Of a stretch of DNA of 64,000 nt, positions 26,984 to 37,529 are shown piece after piece. The notes beneath the pieces were generated by a model. That model was given only the letters and a program-made list of their open reading frames with translations, made no database searches and was not told where the DNA came from. Both the position numbers and the translations under genes were made by a program. The DNA is from an uncultured Chlamydiae bacterium (GTDB lineage: Bacteria > Chlamydiota > Chlamydiia > Chlamydiales > SM23-39), in assembly GCA_903893545.1 (NCBI GenBank), contig CAITMJ010000009.1, positions 217,853 to 281,852 on the forward strand. The letters are read 5' to 3'. Positions within the stretch are counted from its first letter, which is position 1. Each line of letters opens with the position of its first letter.

Positions 26984-28192
26984 ATGCGAATTATACATTC
27001 TCTTGGACATGTCGTTGGTGGAACTCTTTTAGTCGCGGGAACTACGATTGGGGTCGGAATGTTGGCCTTGCCGGTGGCAACTGGCCCTGCAGGCTTTATC
27101 CCCTCCTTTATTACGTACATCATCTGCTGGCTCTTTATGCTCTGCACAGGGCTCGCTTTGGTCGAAGTCAATCTATGGATGCCCAAGGACACGAGCTTTA
27201 TCTCGATGGCCGAGAAGGTACTGGGACCGATCGGGAAAAACATCTTCTGGGTCGCATACCTATTCCTATTTACGACAGTCATGATCGCTCACGTAGCAGG
27301 TGGAGGAGAAATCTTGCTCGGCATCCCCGGCTGGCCATTCCCTCACTGGATGTCAGCTCTTCTCTATACTGGAATCCTAGCTCCTGTTGTCTATTTGGGA
27401 ACTCGGTCTGTTGATCGACTGAACCTCTTCCTCATTTCCGGCGTTATCTTTTTCTATTTTGGCTTTGTAGCCGTTTCGGCAAGCTCTGTAAAGCTCAACC
27501 TCCTTACCCATGCGAATTGGGGGAAGACGTTGGCGACTTTTCCGATCCTTTTTACCGCTTTTACCTATCAAGTGATCATCCCAACTCTCATGTCCTATAT
27601 GGAGCGAAACGTCCGAAAGGTTCGCCTAGCGATCTTCTTTGGCTCCTCGATCCCGCTCGTCATCTATCTTGTTTGGGAGTTTTTGATTCTCGGAATTGTC
27701 CCTCCAGATGGTTCTTTTGGATTGATTGAAGCGGGCGCGCTCGGCAAAAATGCCGTCACGCCACTAAAACACTTCGTTCAAAGCGAATGGATTTTAACGT
27801 TTAGCAACTGGTTTGCATTTTTTGCCTTAACCACCTCGTTTGTCCCTCTGGCTCTTTCCTTTTTCGATTTTCTGGCCGATGGATTGAAGTGGCACAAAAA
27901 AGGGGCAAAACGGCTCTCTTTAACCGCTGTAGTATTCGGTATCCCGGCAGTGATTGCCATCCTCTACCCAAATATCTTTTTGGTCGCCTTGGGCTATGCC
28001 GGCGGAATTAGCTGCGCGTTTCTTTTTGGACTGATGCCTCCAGTCATGGTTTGGGTCGGTCGATACATCAAACATTACCCTCATGAGACGAGACAGCTCT
28101 TTGGCGGTAAACCACTGCTCGTTCTTTTAATGACATTTGCCTTTCTTATTCTCGGAAGCGAAATTTTCCTCCAAATCTATACAGGTCGATAA
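26984..28192 (+). CDS. tyrP: Aromatic amino acid permease (HAAAP, TyrP/Mtr family)
   Basis: GGTLLVAGTTIGVGMLALP; ~11 TM. Confidence 0.88.
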   Translation: MRIIHSLGHVVGGTLLVAGTTIGVGMLALPVATGPAGFIPSFITYIICWLFMLCTGLALVEVNLWMPKDTSFISMAEKVLGPIGKNIFWVAYLFLFTTVMIAHVAGGGEILLGIPGWPFPHWMSALLYTGILAPVVYLGTRSVDRLNLFLISGVIFFYFGFVAVSASSVKLNLLTHANWGKTLATFPILFTAFTYQVIIPTLMSYMERNVRKVRLAIFFGSSIPLVIYLVWEFLILGIVPPDGSFGLIEAGALGKNAVTPLKHFVQSEWILTFSNWFAFFALTTSFVPLALSFFDFLADGLKWHKKGAKRLSLTAVVFGIPAVIAILYPNIFLVALGYAGGISCAFLFGLMPPVMVWVGRYIKHYPHETRQLFGGKPLLVLLMTFAFLILGSEIFLQIYTGR

Positions 28193-28193
28193 A

Positions 28194-28475
28194 ATGGCGG
28201 ATGATCTTTGGAATGCTAAGCAACAGATCTGCGAAAACCTTGAAAGCCTTCGCCTCTCTTTAGTTCTCTCGGTCGATGAAGGGATGATCGATCTTGGCGA
28301 CACTCTATATAATCAAATTCTCGCATTGATCGAAGATTGCGGCGTTATTGCGAACTGGGACGAAACGGTTGAACTGATCGATCGCTCCAAAACATTGGAA
28401 GACGACATCGATGTCTGGCTTGCCCTCCACGGTCGCAGCAGCTTGTCGCTCTCTTGGCCTACTAGAAACTCATAG
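28194..28475 (+). CDS. Small acidic hypothetical protein
   Basis: ATG 1 nt after the tyrP stop; 93 aa. Confidence 0.6.
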   Translation: MADDLWNAKQQICENLESLRLSLVLSVDEGMIDLGDTLYNQILALIEDCGVIANWDETVELIDRSKTLEDDIDVWLALHGRSSLSLSWPTRNS

Positions 28476-29201
28476 AACTGAGAAAAACCCTGCGGCAACG
28501 CCGGCGATTGCGGCGATGGTCGAACCCATCAAGGGAGACCCGCTTATAGAGCAAATAAAAGCAGAGATCCCCGCTAGCCCAAGGCCTACTCCTAAAGAAT
28601 TAGCATCTTTGCCTCCGATCAGGCGCTCCAATGCATATCCAGGAAATGCTGTCATCATACCAGCTCCCAAGATCGTGGTTAATCCCAGTGTATTTACAAA
28701 CGTCGCAACTTCTGCGCCTTTGTTATTTACGAGGGTTATCGCTAGTGCGGATAATTGAGGGACGATTGGCGGTATAAACGGCTGCTTTTCTAGAAATCCT
28801 GTGGCAATGGAGGCTCCTAATAGGCCCATCGCCTCGCCGCTCCCTTCTAATAGAAATTCATTTTCCAATGTTAAGGCCGTTACCATCGGGATCGATGCAA
28901 AGAAAACCCCTGACAATGCAGACGACATTCTATCTTCTCGGTTGTTATAGGCATTCATCAAGTGAGCGCATCCAATCCAAGAGGCCGCTATAGTCATTAC
29001 GCTCGACGTCCCCGCTAGTACAGAAACTCCAGCGCTACATGTGGCAATCGTCGCATGCAAAGAGAAGGTTTTAAACTTCTTGAATAGATTTTCTGTTTGA
29101 AAAATTAAGGGATCGATGTGGGCAGGAGCGGGGTCTAATGGTTGGCCGGGGTTTCCTTGGAGCCATTCTCTATTGAATAGATCGTTATGTAGATGAGCCA
29201 T
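28470..29201 (-). CDS. Hypothetical Gly/Ala-rich membrane protein
   Basis: 243 aa; several hydrophobic helices; starts immediately after the rlmB stop. Confidence 0.65.
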   Translation of the reverse strand: MAHLHNDLFNREWLQGNPGQPLDPAPAHIDPLIFQTENLFKKFKTFSLHATIATCSAGVSVLAGTSSVMTIAASWIGCAHLMNAYNNREDRMSSALSGVFFASIPMVTALTLENEFLLEGSGEAMGLLGASIATGFLEKQPFIPPIVPQLSALAITLVNNKGAEVATFVNTLGLTTILGAGMMTAFPGYALERLIGGKDANSLGVGLGLAGISAFICSISGSPLMGSTIAAIAGVAAGFFSVL

Positions 29202-29981
29202 CTATACACCTTTTTGGTAACAGGTCAAGAGCGATGTGGCAGCTTGTGCGACATTGAGAGATTCGATTTTGCCAAACATCGGAATATGGACCAAATGATC
29301 GGCCCGTTTTAAGATCAGAGGTTGAATCCCCTCCCCTTCCGATCCGACGACGAAGACGGTCTTTGGCTTAAAGGGGAAATGAAGGGCGTTTTTTGACCCT
29401 TCCTGGAGGGCTGCGGCGATTACCTCAAAACCGGCCTCTTGGAACTGGGAGACGCTCTCTGCGAGATTGGAGATGCGGATCAGCGGAAGCCATTCACTGG
29501 CCCCACAGCTCGATTTGGCAGAGACCGGAGTCAGATCGCTCCCGCGGTTTTTCGACCAACCGACCCCATCGACGCCAAAACACTCCGCGCACCGGAGAAG
29601 AGCGCCGAAATTCTGGGGGTCGAAGATCTGATCGCAGAGAAGGACGAGCACCCGCTCTTTCTCTTCAACCTCTTTCAAAAATTCTTTTACATCATAGAAT
29701 TTGCGCCCTTTTACATGGGCAGCAAAGGACTGGTGAGAATCGGAGCCGCACATGCGAGAGAGGTTGTCTTCCGAGGTGAACTGGATAGGAATTTCCAATC
29801 TTTCGCATTCACTCAAGATCCCCGTTTTCCGAGTGCCTGCATTCTTTACAGAGGTATAGACTTTCAATACCCTCTTAGGCGCGTGACGAAGCAGCTCGTT
29901 TAAGGCGTGTAAACCCATGATAAGCTGATCGCGCGGGGGGAGTCTATCTTTTGGTCGTGGGTAGTGAAAAGGGTCGTTCAT
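29202..29981 (-). CDS. rlmB: 23S rRNA 2'-O-methyltransferase (SpoU/TrmH family)
   Basis: DPQNFGALLR, VGSEGEGI, IPMFGKIESLNVAQA. Confidence 0.9.
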   Translation of the reverse strand: MNDPFHYPRPKDRLPPRDQLIMGLHALNELLRHAPKRVLKVYTSVKNAGTRKTGILSECERLEIPIQFTSEDNLSRMCGSDSHQSFAAHVKGRKFYDVKEFLKEVEEKERVLVLLCDQIFDPQNFGALLRCAECFGVDGVGWSKNRGSDLTPVSAKSSCGASEWLPLIRISNLAESVSQFQEAGFEVIAAALQEGSKNALHFPFKPKTVFVVGSEGEGIQPLILKRADHLVHIPMFGKIESLNVAQAATSLLTCYQKGV

Positions 29982-30067
29982 TTGTTTTTGACTACAAATT
30001 TACCATGCTCCTGAGGTAAAATTCAAGGCCTATCAATCGGCACCCCTGTGATATAGAAAATAAAGTT

Positions 30068-31168
30068 ATGAGCGCACTTCCTCCAAACAACATCCATCAA
30101 AAACTTCAAGAGTTATGTTTTATCTCTAATAAAACAATGTTTGAGGAAATTTTAGGCTCTCTTGCTTCTGGAGTGCAGGGTACAGTCGAGCAAGCTCTGG
30201 CTTGGATCACTGCAAATGAGGAGTTTATTGATCAAGATGATGCTGCCCTCTTATTGGGACTAGAAGGCAAGCTTCTTCAGTGGGCCGATCCTTCCAAGCT
30301 AAGTCCTCTTGATGAGAAAATCGCAAATTTTTGTAAAAGATCTGGGATCACAGATAGCTACCGAAGCGCATTTTTTGAAACCCTTAAAAATGCCTCCCAT
30401 AAAAACCTCGGAAAGGTCATCAGCATACTTTCAGAAATTCCACTGTATATTGGTCAAGTCAATCTCGATACGCTCAAGAAAATCATGCCCCTACTTATGG
30501 CGGCCTATGCTTTAGATTGCTTGGCGCCGATCTTCTTATGGCTTGGGAAAGGTATGTCCGATGAGAAAATCGATTTTCTCAAGATGGCGCTCCCCTTATT
30601 AATAGACGTCAAGGCTGAGTATAAGGATTATCTTCTCACGCAACTAAATGAAATGAATTCCGACATGCTCGATAAGGCGATGCCTCTCATCCGAAGAGCC
30701 GAGAATGCCGACGAGCGGTTTCTTCTTCTCGCCTTGCTAAGAGAGAGCGACACTCTCAAAGCCTTCGATGCACTCAATTCCATGATCCAGGAGGTCGCAG
30801 ATACGCGTACATGGTGTAACATTGTCAATACAGTCTCCTATCTTGCCCCAGAAAATAGAGAGCAGTGTATAGCCATGCTTCGCCAAGTGCCAGGGATAAA
30901 TACCAAGAACTATTCTCGATTCAACAACCTAAAACTGTTTCTGAAAAACAATCCCAACGTCATTGAACCTACCCATACTTATCTGCAGACACGACTGACT
31001 AATGAGGCTCCTTTAGATCGAGAGAAGGGAAAGCGCCTTTCAAAGACAATCTTGAATCATCTGGGGGACCTTTGCACCCCTCATCAGAACCATCCGCTGG
31101 CTAAGGAAGCTCTCCGCGTGTACGAATTGACAAGTCTCCCCCAGCCAAGGACTCCTCCCGCAAGTTAA
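30068..31168 (+). CDS. Hypothetical alpha-helical repeat-like protein
   Basis: 366 aa; recurring LKK.MPLL / LKMALPLL / LDKAMPLI helices. Confidence 0.65.
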   Translation: MSALPPNNIHQKLQELCFISNKTMFEEILGSLASGVQGTVEQALAWITANEEFIDQDDAALLLGLEGKLLQWADPSKLSPLDEKIANFCKRSGITDSYRSAFFETLKNASHKNLGKVISILSEIPLYIGQVNLDTLKKIMPLLMAAYALDCLAPIFLWLGKGMSDEKIDFLKMALPLLIDVKAEYKDYLLTQLNEMNSDMLDKAMPLIRRAENADERFLLLALLRESDTLKAFDALNSMIQEVADTRTWCNIVNTVSYLAPENREQCIAMLRQVPGINTKNYSRFNNLKLFLKNNPNVIEPTHTYLQTRLTNEAPLDREKGKRLSKTILNHLGDLCTPHQNHPLAKEALRVYELTSLPQPRTPPAS

Positions 31169-31739
31169 CAGGCGGTTTTCTTTTTTTCCAATAGTCGGGG
31201 CCGTAGTCATAGAAGAGCTGCTCCCCTTTTTTGATCTTTGCTTTTGTGTATAAAATGATGTGGCTGACCCCCTCATGGGCAATCATTGAGGAAGAGAGAT
31301 TGGGGCCGCTGCTATGATTGATATAGCGAGAGATGCCCCCTTGATCTTGGGCGTCGATGAGATACTCTGTCGCCTCCCCTGGCATCATCAGATATTCAAA
31401 ACAGTAAGAATTCTCTTCATCCCCTCTTCTTCGTTTCCGGACAAGACCCGAATATTCAGCGATAAACTCCATAGAAGAAAGATCTTTTTCCGCAAAAACG
31501 CCCCATCCCATTTCGGCATCGATCCAACGAAGAGATAACAGAGGTAATTTTTGAGAGAGAAGCTCTTTATGGAAATAGGCTGAGAGCCAAAGGCGATCCC
31601 TTCCGATGGAAGAGCTGCGCATTTTCTTTAAGACTTTTTGATAGAGGGAAAAACTCTCAAATTCCAAATAGGGCACATAGGGAACACCGGTCATTTTGGG
31701 AATTAGAGAAGGGTCGGTCGTCTCTTGCATTCTTTCCAA
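31101..31739 (-). CDS. SET-domain lysine methyltransferase
   Basis: MGWGVFA, EYSG, RYINHSSGPN, GEQLFYDYG. Confidence 0.9.
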   Translation of the reverse strand: MERMQETTDPSLIPKMTGVPYVPYLEFESFSLYQKVLKKMRSSSIGRDRLWLSAYFHKELLSQKLPLLSLRWIDAEMGWGVFAEKDLSSMEFIAEYSGLVRKRRRGDEENSYCFEYLMMPGEATEYLIDAQDQGGISRYINHSSGPNLSSSMIAHEGVSHIILYTKAKIKKGEQLFYDYGPDYWKKRKPPVNLREESLAGGDLSIRTRGELP

Positions 31740-32521
31740 AATAGATTTCCGTAATCAAAGGTGAGTTGAGCGCCTTCTTCTATGTCTTTTAGCGCGATAA
31801 AAATCATCCTCGGAATGCCTTTCCAATAAACCGACAGAAGGCTGAGGTTTGGCTGATCGCTATGGTTGAAAAAACGGGTGAAATTTCCTTTTTCCTCTGC
31901 GTCGAGGACAAATTTTTTCCAGCCCATCTTCCAGACAGTATACCGAGTGCAGTAGAGATTGTCTTTTACGATCTTTCTCTTCCTCTCTCGAATCACCCCT
32001 GTATACTCCCCTACAAATGAGCCCCCATGGATTAGGTTCGCGGAAAAGACCCCAAATCCGATCTCTTCATTGATTTTCTTGAGCACTACTTTCGGATGCT
32101 GCCCATTTTGCAGCTCCTTGTTGAAGTAAATTCCCATCCAAATCTTTTCAGCGGCAATGCTGTCTTTTAACTTCGCCTTTTCAGTTTTCTGGTAAATTCG
32201 ATCGAAAATTTTTTCTGATTCAAAGACTGGATAAGGCAGATATTCATAGGATGGCGCACCTTCGCAAATCACTTGCGGATCTTCGTAAATCATTGGCGTT
32301 TTGTGCAAGAATTTCTCGAGATCTCTCGGCGTTAAATGCAAAATCAGACTCCCGTTCAATAGAGACAACGTATTACCACTTTGCTCTTTGTTTGCACAAG
32401 GATTATTTGCGCTTCTTGAATGGGAGAGCGCGAAGAAAGGTGACATAGGGATGCAATACTGGATAGATTCCAGAAGAATCGTGCTGAATATTGGATTGAT
32501 ATAGCGAAGTATACCCAACAT
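31703..32521 (-). CDS. SET-domain lysine methyltransferase (true start probably downstream)
   Basis: IGFGVFS, EYTG, RFFNHSDQPN, QLTFDYG. Confidence 0.88.
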   Translation of the reverse strand: MLGILRYINPIFSTILLESIQYCIPMSPFFALSHSRSANNPCANKEQSGNTLSLLNGSLILHLTPRDLEKFLHKTPMIYEDPQVICEGAPSYEYLPYPVFESEKIFDRIYQKTEKAKLKDSIAAEKIWMGIYFNKELQNGQHPKVVLKKINEEIGFGVFSANLIHGGSFVGEYTGVIRERKRKIVKDNLYCTRYTVWKMGWKKFVLDAEEKGNFTRFFNHSDQPNLSLLSVYWKGIPRMIFIALKDIEEGAQLTFDYGNLFWKECKRRPTLL

Positions 32522-32656
32522 TAGCTGAAAAATAGAGTGTAGTATTCATTGAATCACTCCTGTTGAAAACACCTAAGATAATAGCAAAAAATACAATTAC
32601 TATCAACTCAATAAATTAGTTGTCGGAATTCTCAAAAAAGTGTTATATATGGGCGT

Positions 32657-33091
32657 ATGATTAAGTTTCCGATGAAGTTTGAAGTAGAAGCTAAGGCTCC
32701 TAGCGGAGTATCTAGCCAATGGATCGCCCAAGGGGACGATCTCCCTCCTATCCCGAGCGCTATCCCCCCTGAATTCATGGGGCCGGGCGGGGGCTATTCC
32801 CCGGAGGATCTCTTTGGGATTTCGGTCCTCAATTGCCTGATTGCCCTCTATAAAGTTTACTGCGAAAAATCAAATATTTCTTTTCAAGAGATTCGGGGGA
32901 AAGCCATTTTGACTGCAAACAAGGACCCTTCGAGCGTTAGCTTTTATATCTCCAATATCGACCTTTTCCTCGATGTCGATGGGTCGTCAGATACCGACAA
33001 GGGGCGAAAGCTCCTCGATGCTGCAATCAAAGACTGCCCTATCAGCAATTCCATCAAATCAGCAAAAACCTTTCATATCACTGTAAATTGA
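32657..33091 (+). CDS. OsmC/Ohr family protein
   Basis: PPEFMGPGGGYSPEDL...C and CPISNS. Confidence 0.88.
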   Translation: MIKFPMKFEVEAKAPSGVSSQWIAQGDDLPPIPSAIPPEFMGPGGGYSPEDLFGISVLNCLIALYKVYCEKSNISFQEIRGKAILTANKDPSSVSFYISNIDLFLDVDGSSDTDKGRKLLDAAIKDCPISNSIKSAKTFHITVN

Positions 33092-33160
33092 CAAGTTTTT
33101 GCTACCCAGGAAACCCCTCATTTTAGTATCTTTGATCGTTTGGCATTCGGAAATTATTGT

Positions 33161-33853
33161 ATGAGTAGCCTTCTTGCAACTAGAGCCTCTTCTGTAGAGG
33201 CAAAGCCTTTAGTCGTGATTCTCATGGGGCCGCCAGGCGCCGGCAAAGGAACACATGCCGTTCCCTTAAAAGAACACCTCCATTTGCCCCATATTTCGAC
33301 AGGCGATCTTTTTCGGGAAAATATGCGAAATAAGACGCCTCTTGGGCTCAAAGTCAAAGAGTTTATGGATAGCGGCAATTTGGTGCCGGACGAGCTTGTC
33401 TTCGATATGCTTTTTGAAAGGCTGGCGAAGGAAGATTGTAAAAATGGAGTTCTTCTCGACGGTTTTCCTAGAACGGTGGCGCAAGCGAAGAAGTTTGATG
33501 CAAGGCTCGGTCAATACCATATCGTCGCCCTTTATTTTTCGATTGCCGATGAACTGCTGATCGAAAGAATCGTGGGGCGCATTATGTGTAAACAGTGCGG
33601 CCGCCCTTATCACATCCACTTCGATCCACCTAAAAAATCTGGCGTTTGCGATCAATGCAATGGCTCTTTATATCAGCGCGACGACGATAAAGAAGAGATC
33701 ATACGCAAACGGCTAGAAGTCTATTATCGAGAAACGCATCCCGTTATCGAATATTATGCAGAGAAAAAAGATTCCTTCCGACAAATCGATAGCTCTGGCA
33801 GCAAAGAGGCGATTTTTCAAGAAGTATTAAATGCTCTTAGCAGCTCTTTCTAG
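33161..33853 (+). CDS. adk: Adenylate kinase
   Basis: GPPGAGKGT, LDGFPRT, zinc lid CxxC..CxxC, QRDDD. Confidence 0.95.
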   Translation: MSSLLATRASSVEAKPLVVILMGPPGAGKGTHAVPLKEHLHLPHISTGDLFRENMRNKTPLGLKVKEFMDSGNLVPDELVFDMLFERLAKEDCKNGVLLDGFPRTVAQAKKFDARLGQYHIVALYFSIADELLIERIVGRIMCKQCGRPYHIHFDPPKKSGVCDQCNGSLYQRDDDKEEIIRKRLEVYYRETHPVIEYYAEKKDSFRQIDSSGSKEAIFQEVLNALSSSF

Positions 33854-35434
33854 AGCGGCGTCGATATGGGGAAAGATTCGATCTTTTCCAATCACATCTA
33901 CAGGGCCGTGATGCTCCTGGACCCCAGATAAGAAAAGAGCGATTTTCTTCTTTTTACACTCATTATTAAATTCCTGGAGCGCAAAGAGTCCCGATCCATC
34001 GATGAGAGGCACATGGCGAAGGCGAAGAATAAAAACTTTGGTCGTCGGGTCGACTTGATCGAGAATGCTTTTAAGGATGTGAGCAGAGCCAAAGAAAAAA
34101 GGTCCCTGTACTTCATAGATTGTAATGCCAGCTGGAATCGCTTGTCCCTCTTGGAAAATAGGAGCTAGCGAAACGACTTTGGCCATCTGGCCCATTCTCT
34201 TCATAAATAGAAAGCTGGCTAGAATCATGCCGAGGGTGATAGCGAAGACGATATTGACAAAGATCGTTAGGAAAAAAGCCACTAGAAGAATGACTCGATC
34301 TTCTATAGGCGCTTTGAGAAGGCGGAGAAAATGTCCCGCTTCGCTCATATTCCAAGAAACCATGATTAGGACTGCAGCAAGAGCTGCAAGAGGAATATGG
34401 TTTACTAGGGGAGAAAAATAAGAAAGGATCAGGAATAGGGTGAGCGCGTGGATCATTCCCGCAACGGGCGTTTGGGCTCCCGTTTTAATATTTGCCGCAG
34501 TTCTTGCAATAGCTCCTGTCGCCGGAATGCCTCCAAATAAAACAGAGCCGAAGTTAGCAATCCCCTGTGCTATGAGTTCACAGTTTGAGCGGTGCCGACC
34601 TCCAATCATCCCATCGCCGATCACAGCGGAGAGAAGCGATTCGATTCCACCGAGAAAAGCAATTGCAACGCCATTGATAAGAACTTCATTGAACATGTCA
34701 TAGGGAATAGAAAGGGATGGCCATGAAGGGATCGGCAGCTTATTGGGGATGGCGCCGAAGTGAGAATAAATGGTCGCAACTGGCAGATCGAAGATGGCAC
34801 ATACGGCAGTTGCTAGGACTATCGCCGCAATCCCCCACGGCAATTTTGGAATATACCTTCGAACGAGTAAAATGACGGCAAAAGATCCAACGCCAACTGC
34901 TAGAGTCAATGGATCAAAGGTTGGAAAGGCGCGATAGTATTCGACCAATTTTGCGCTAAAATCTGCAGATGGAGATCCCATCTGAAGACCGAAGAAATCT
35001 TTAATCTGCGTAGAGAAAATATAGACGGCAATGCCTGAGGTAAACCCCATGACAAGAGGGTGCGGGACATATCTAATCCAAGAACCAAATCGAAAGACGC
35101 CGAGCAGAATCAAGATGAGAGCGGCGATTAACGTAGAGGCGCAAAGTCCGCTATATCCAGTTCTTTGGATAATGCCATAGACGATAACGACAAAGGCCCC
35201 TGTTGGGCCTCCAATTTGCACCCGGCTTCCGCCAAGCGCTGAAATCAAAAAGCCGGCGATGACTGCGGTAAAAAGACCCTTATCCGGACCAACCCCAGAC
35301 GCGATGGCAAAGGCCATTGCAAGAGGCAGGGCGATGATACCGACTGTGATCCCTGCCAGAAGATCTTTTCTAAAAATCGAAAAATTATACCCTTTTCTCA
35401 AATACTGGATTGATTTAGGGATAAATTCGTGCAA
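33827..35434 (-). CDS. SulP family anion permease with STAS domain
   Basis: DLLAGITVGIIALPLAMAFAIASG, GGPTGAF, C-terminal STAS; probable TTG start at 35434. Confidence 0.92.
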   Translation of the reverse strand: MHEFIPKSIQYLRKGYNFSIFRKDLLAGITVGIIALPLAMAFAIASGVGPDKGLFTAVIAGFLISALGGSRVQIGGPTGAFVVIVYGIIQRTGYSGLCASTLIAALILILLGVFRFGSWIRYVPHPLVMGFTSGIAVYIFSTQIKDFFGLQMGSPSADFSAKLVEYYRAFPTFDPLTLAVGVGSFAVILLVRRYIPKLPWGIAAIVLATAVCAIFDLPVATIYSHFGAIPNKLPIPSWPSLSIPYDMFNEVLINGVAIAFLGGIESLLSAVIGDGMIGGRHRSNCELIAQGIANFGSVLFGGIPATGAIARTAANIKTGAQTPVAGMIHALTLFLILSYFSPLVNHIPLAALAAVLIMVSWNMSEAGHFLRLLKAPIEDRVILLVAFFLTIFVNIVFAITLGMILASFLFMKRMGQMAKVVSLAPIFQEGQAIPAGITIYEVQGPFFFGSAHILKSILDQVDPTTKVFILRLRHVPLIDGSGLFALQEFNNECKKKKIALFLSGVQEHHGPVDVIGKDRIFPHIDAALERAAKSI

Positions 35435-35438
35435 TTTT

Positions 35439-36920
35439 TTACCAAAGTCCGATGATTTTCCACCAAGCGCCGCCAACAAACACCCAAATGAGGATGTTGA
35501 GAACGCTTGCAATCGCTCCTATTTTCCACCACTGACCGATGCCGACATAACCAGATCCAAAGAGGATTGGCGCAGGGCCGGAACCATAGTGGGTGAGCCC
35601 GCCAAAGAGGCTGCTAAAGAAGGCTAGAACCAGTGCGGCAAGCTCAGGGGGCGTTCCAAGCGCAATAGAGACAATCAGAAGCGGGGCGTACATTGCGCCG
35701 ATATGCGCGACATTGCTCGCAAAGAAGTAGTGAGAATAGAAGTAGACCAAGCCCACCACTAAAAAGCCAGCTGTCCATTCAAATCCAGTTACATGACCGA
35801 CGATCCATTGGCTAAACCAAGTGGTAAGGCCGAATTTATTTAAGAAGCTCGCGAGGGTAATGAGTGTGGCAAACCAGATAAACGTATCCCATGCACCGTG
35901 TTCTTCTAGAACATCTTTCCAACGTAAAATGCCGGTTACGAGCATGATGGCAAGTCCGATCATGGCCGCCACAGTCGCTTTTAAATTGATGACAGGCCCG
36001 AGCACCCAAAGAGCGATGAGGAGTCCAAAAATCCCGAGCATGGTCCATTCTTTAAAGGACATGGGGCCCATAGAGCTTAGTTTCTCGAGCGCCATTTCAC
36101 GTGCGTGAGGAGTTTTTCGAACAGTTGGCGGAGCGATCTTATAGATGCAGTAAGGGACGATGATTAAGCTCAAAAGACCCGGTACGATAGAAGCTAACGC
36201 CCAGCCGCCCCAAGTCAAATTAACGCCATTGTCTTTTGCAAATTGCGCAATGAGAGGATTGCCGGCCATCGAGGTCAAAAACATCGCACTTGTGATGGCA
36301 GAGCCTTGAAATGCGCAGAGCGTCAAGAAAGAACCCATTTTCGGATCGTGGGATTTTCCCGTAAACACATTGGCTAGCGATTTCAAGATGGGGAAAATGA
36401 CGCCTCCGGCTCTAGCTGTTACGCTTGGAATCGTCGGGGCTAAAAAGAGGTCAGTGGCAATGAGGCCATAGCCCAATCCCAAACTATTTTTCCCAAGAAG
36501 ACTCATCACCTTATACGCCATCCGATTTCCAAGGCCGGTCGAGATAAATCCCCGAGCGACAAAGAAGGAAAATACGACGAGCCAGACGACGTCGTTGCTA
36601 AATCCGGAAAAAGCATCCGCAAATGTCAGCGTATTGGTGAGAATGGCTACAGTAAGGCCAAAGATCGAAACGACCCCCATTGGAGCGGGCTTTAAAATGA
36701 TCCCAATGATCGTGGAAACGAAAATCGCAAAAAGATTCCACGCTTGTGAAGTGACTCCTAATGGAGCCGGACAAAGGGCGATGCCGCCTCCTACTGCGAG
36801 GGCTAGCGCAACAAATAATAGCTCTTTATTCTTTTGCAAGATTTCAAACCTTTTATTGGGAGATGTCTGGAAACCTATATCGACTTTTTGCATATGGTCC
36901 TTTTCTTTACAAGGAAGCAC
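35439..36920 (-). CDS. DASS family dicarboxylate transporter (plastid DiT-like)
   Basis: PSVTARAGG, SAMFLTSMAGNP, HYFFASNVAH, THYGSGPAP. Confidence 0.92.
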   Translation of the reverse strand: MLPCKEKDHMQKVDIGFQTSPNKRFEILQKNKELLFVALALAVGGGIALCPAPLGVTSQAWNLFAIFVSTIIGIILKPAPMGVVSIFGLTVAILTNTLTFADAFSGFSNDVVWLVVFSFFVARGFISTGLGNRMAYKVMSLLGKNSLGLGYGLIATDLFLAPTIPSVTARAGGVIFPILKSLANVFTGKSHDPKMGSFLTLCAFQGSAITSAMFLTSMAGNPLIAQFAKDNGVNLTWGGWALASIVPGLLSLIIVPYCIYKIAPPTVRKTPHAREMALEKLSSMGPMSFKEWTMLGIFGLLIALWVLGPVINLKATVAAMIGLAIMLVTGILRWKDVLEEHGAWDTFIWFATLITLASFLNKFGLTTWFSQWIVGHVTGFEWTAGFLVVGLVYFYSHYFFASNVAHIGAMYAPLLIVSIALGTPPELAALVLAFFSSLFGGLTHYGSGPAPILFGSGYVGIGQWWKIGAIASVLNILIWVFVGGAWWKIIGLW

Positions 36921-37513
36921 TATAATGAATTAGCGCTTTTCTGAGGATGGGTTTTTTCTAAAATTTGATATTTTTGCCCGTAATAAAAGCCTAAACCTAG
37001 GGTGGCTATGAGAAGAGCTAATACGATGCGCCACGTACCAATTCGGAGGTAACGGATCTGAATATGGTCGTCCCGATCCCAGGTGGTCACTTTAAACGCT
37101 TTTAAGCGCTGAAAGGCGACGAGCGAGCAAATCACATTGAGGAATGGAACTCCCATCCCAAGTCCACGAAACCAGACATTAAAGCTTCTTCTCAAGGCGG
37201 TCGGATAATCGAGGCGCGGCAACCTCCCCTGTCGAAGCTGAATGCCCAATACCCATTTTCCAGGCGTAGTTCCAAGCCAGCGCAAAAAGGCCGCTTCCAC
37301 CGGAATCCATAAGAAATATTCTAAAGGGACAAGCGTAGATTCGATTTTGCCCGCCGAAATGGCCCATAAAAAAGAGAAAAAGAGCGAATAGTCAAAGGCT
37401 CGCGCCAAAAAACGAAGCCATGGGTTAGCCTCTATCGGCTTGTCACGAACTGTGCCATCATCGCCGATGAGAATTTCGGAAGGCTCTATCGCTTTCTGTT
37501 TTTTCATAAACAT
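36920..37513 (-). CDS. RDD family membrane protein
   Basis: PWLRFLARAFD, GTTPGKWVLG, TWD. Confidence 0.85.
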   Translation of the reverse strand: MFMKKQKAIEPSEILIGDDGTVRDKPIEANPWLRFLARAFDYSLFFSFLWAISAGKIESTLVPLEYFLWIPVEAAFLRWLGTTPGKWVLGIQLRQGRLPRLDYPTALRRSFNVWFRGLGMGVPFLNVICSLVAFQRLKAFKVTTWDRDDHIQIRYLRIGTWRIVLALLIATLGLGFYYGQKYQILEKTHPQKSANSL

Positions 37514-37529
37514 TTGATGATAGTCTAAA

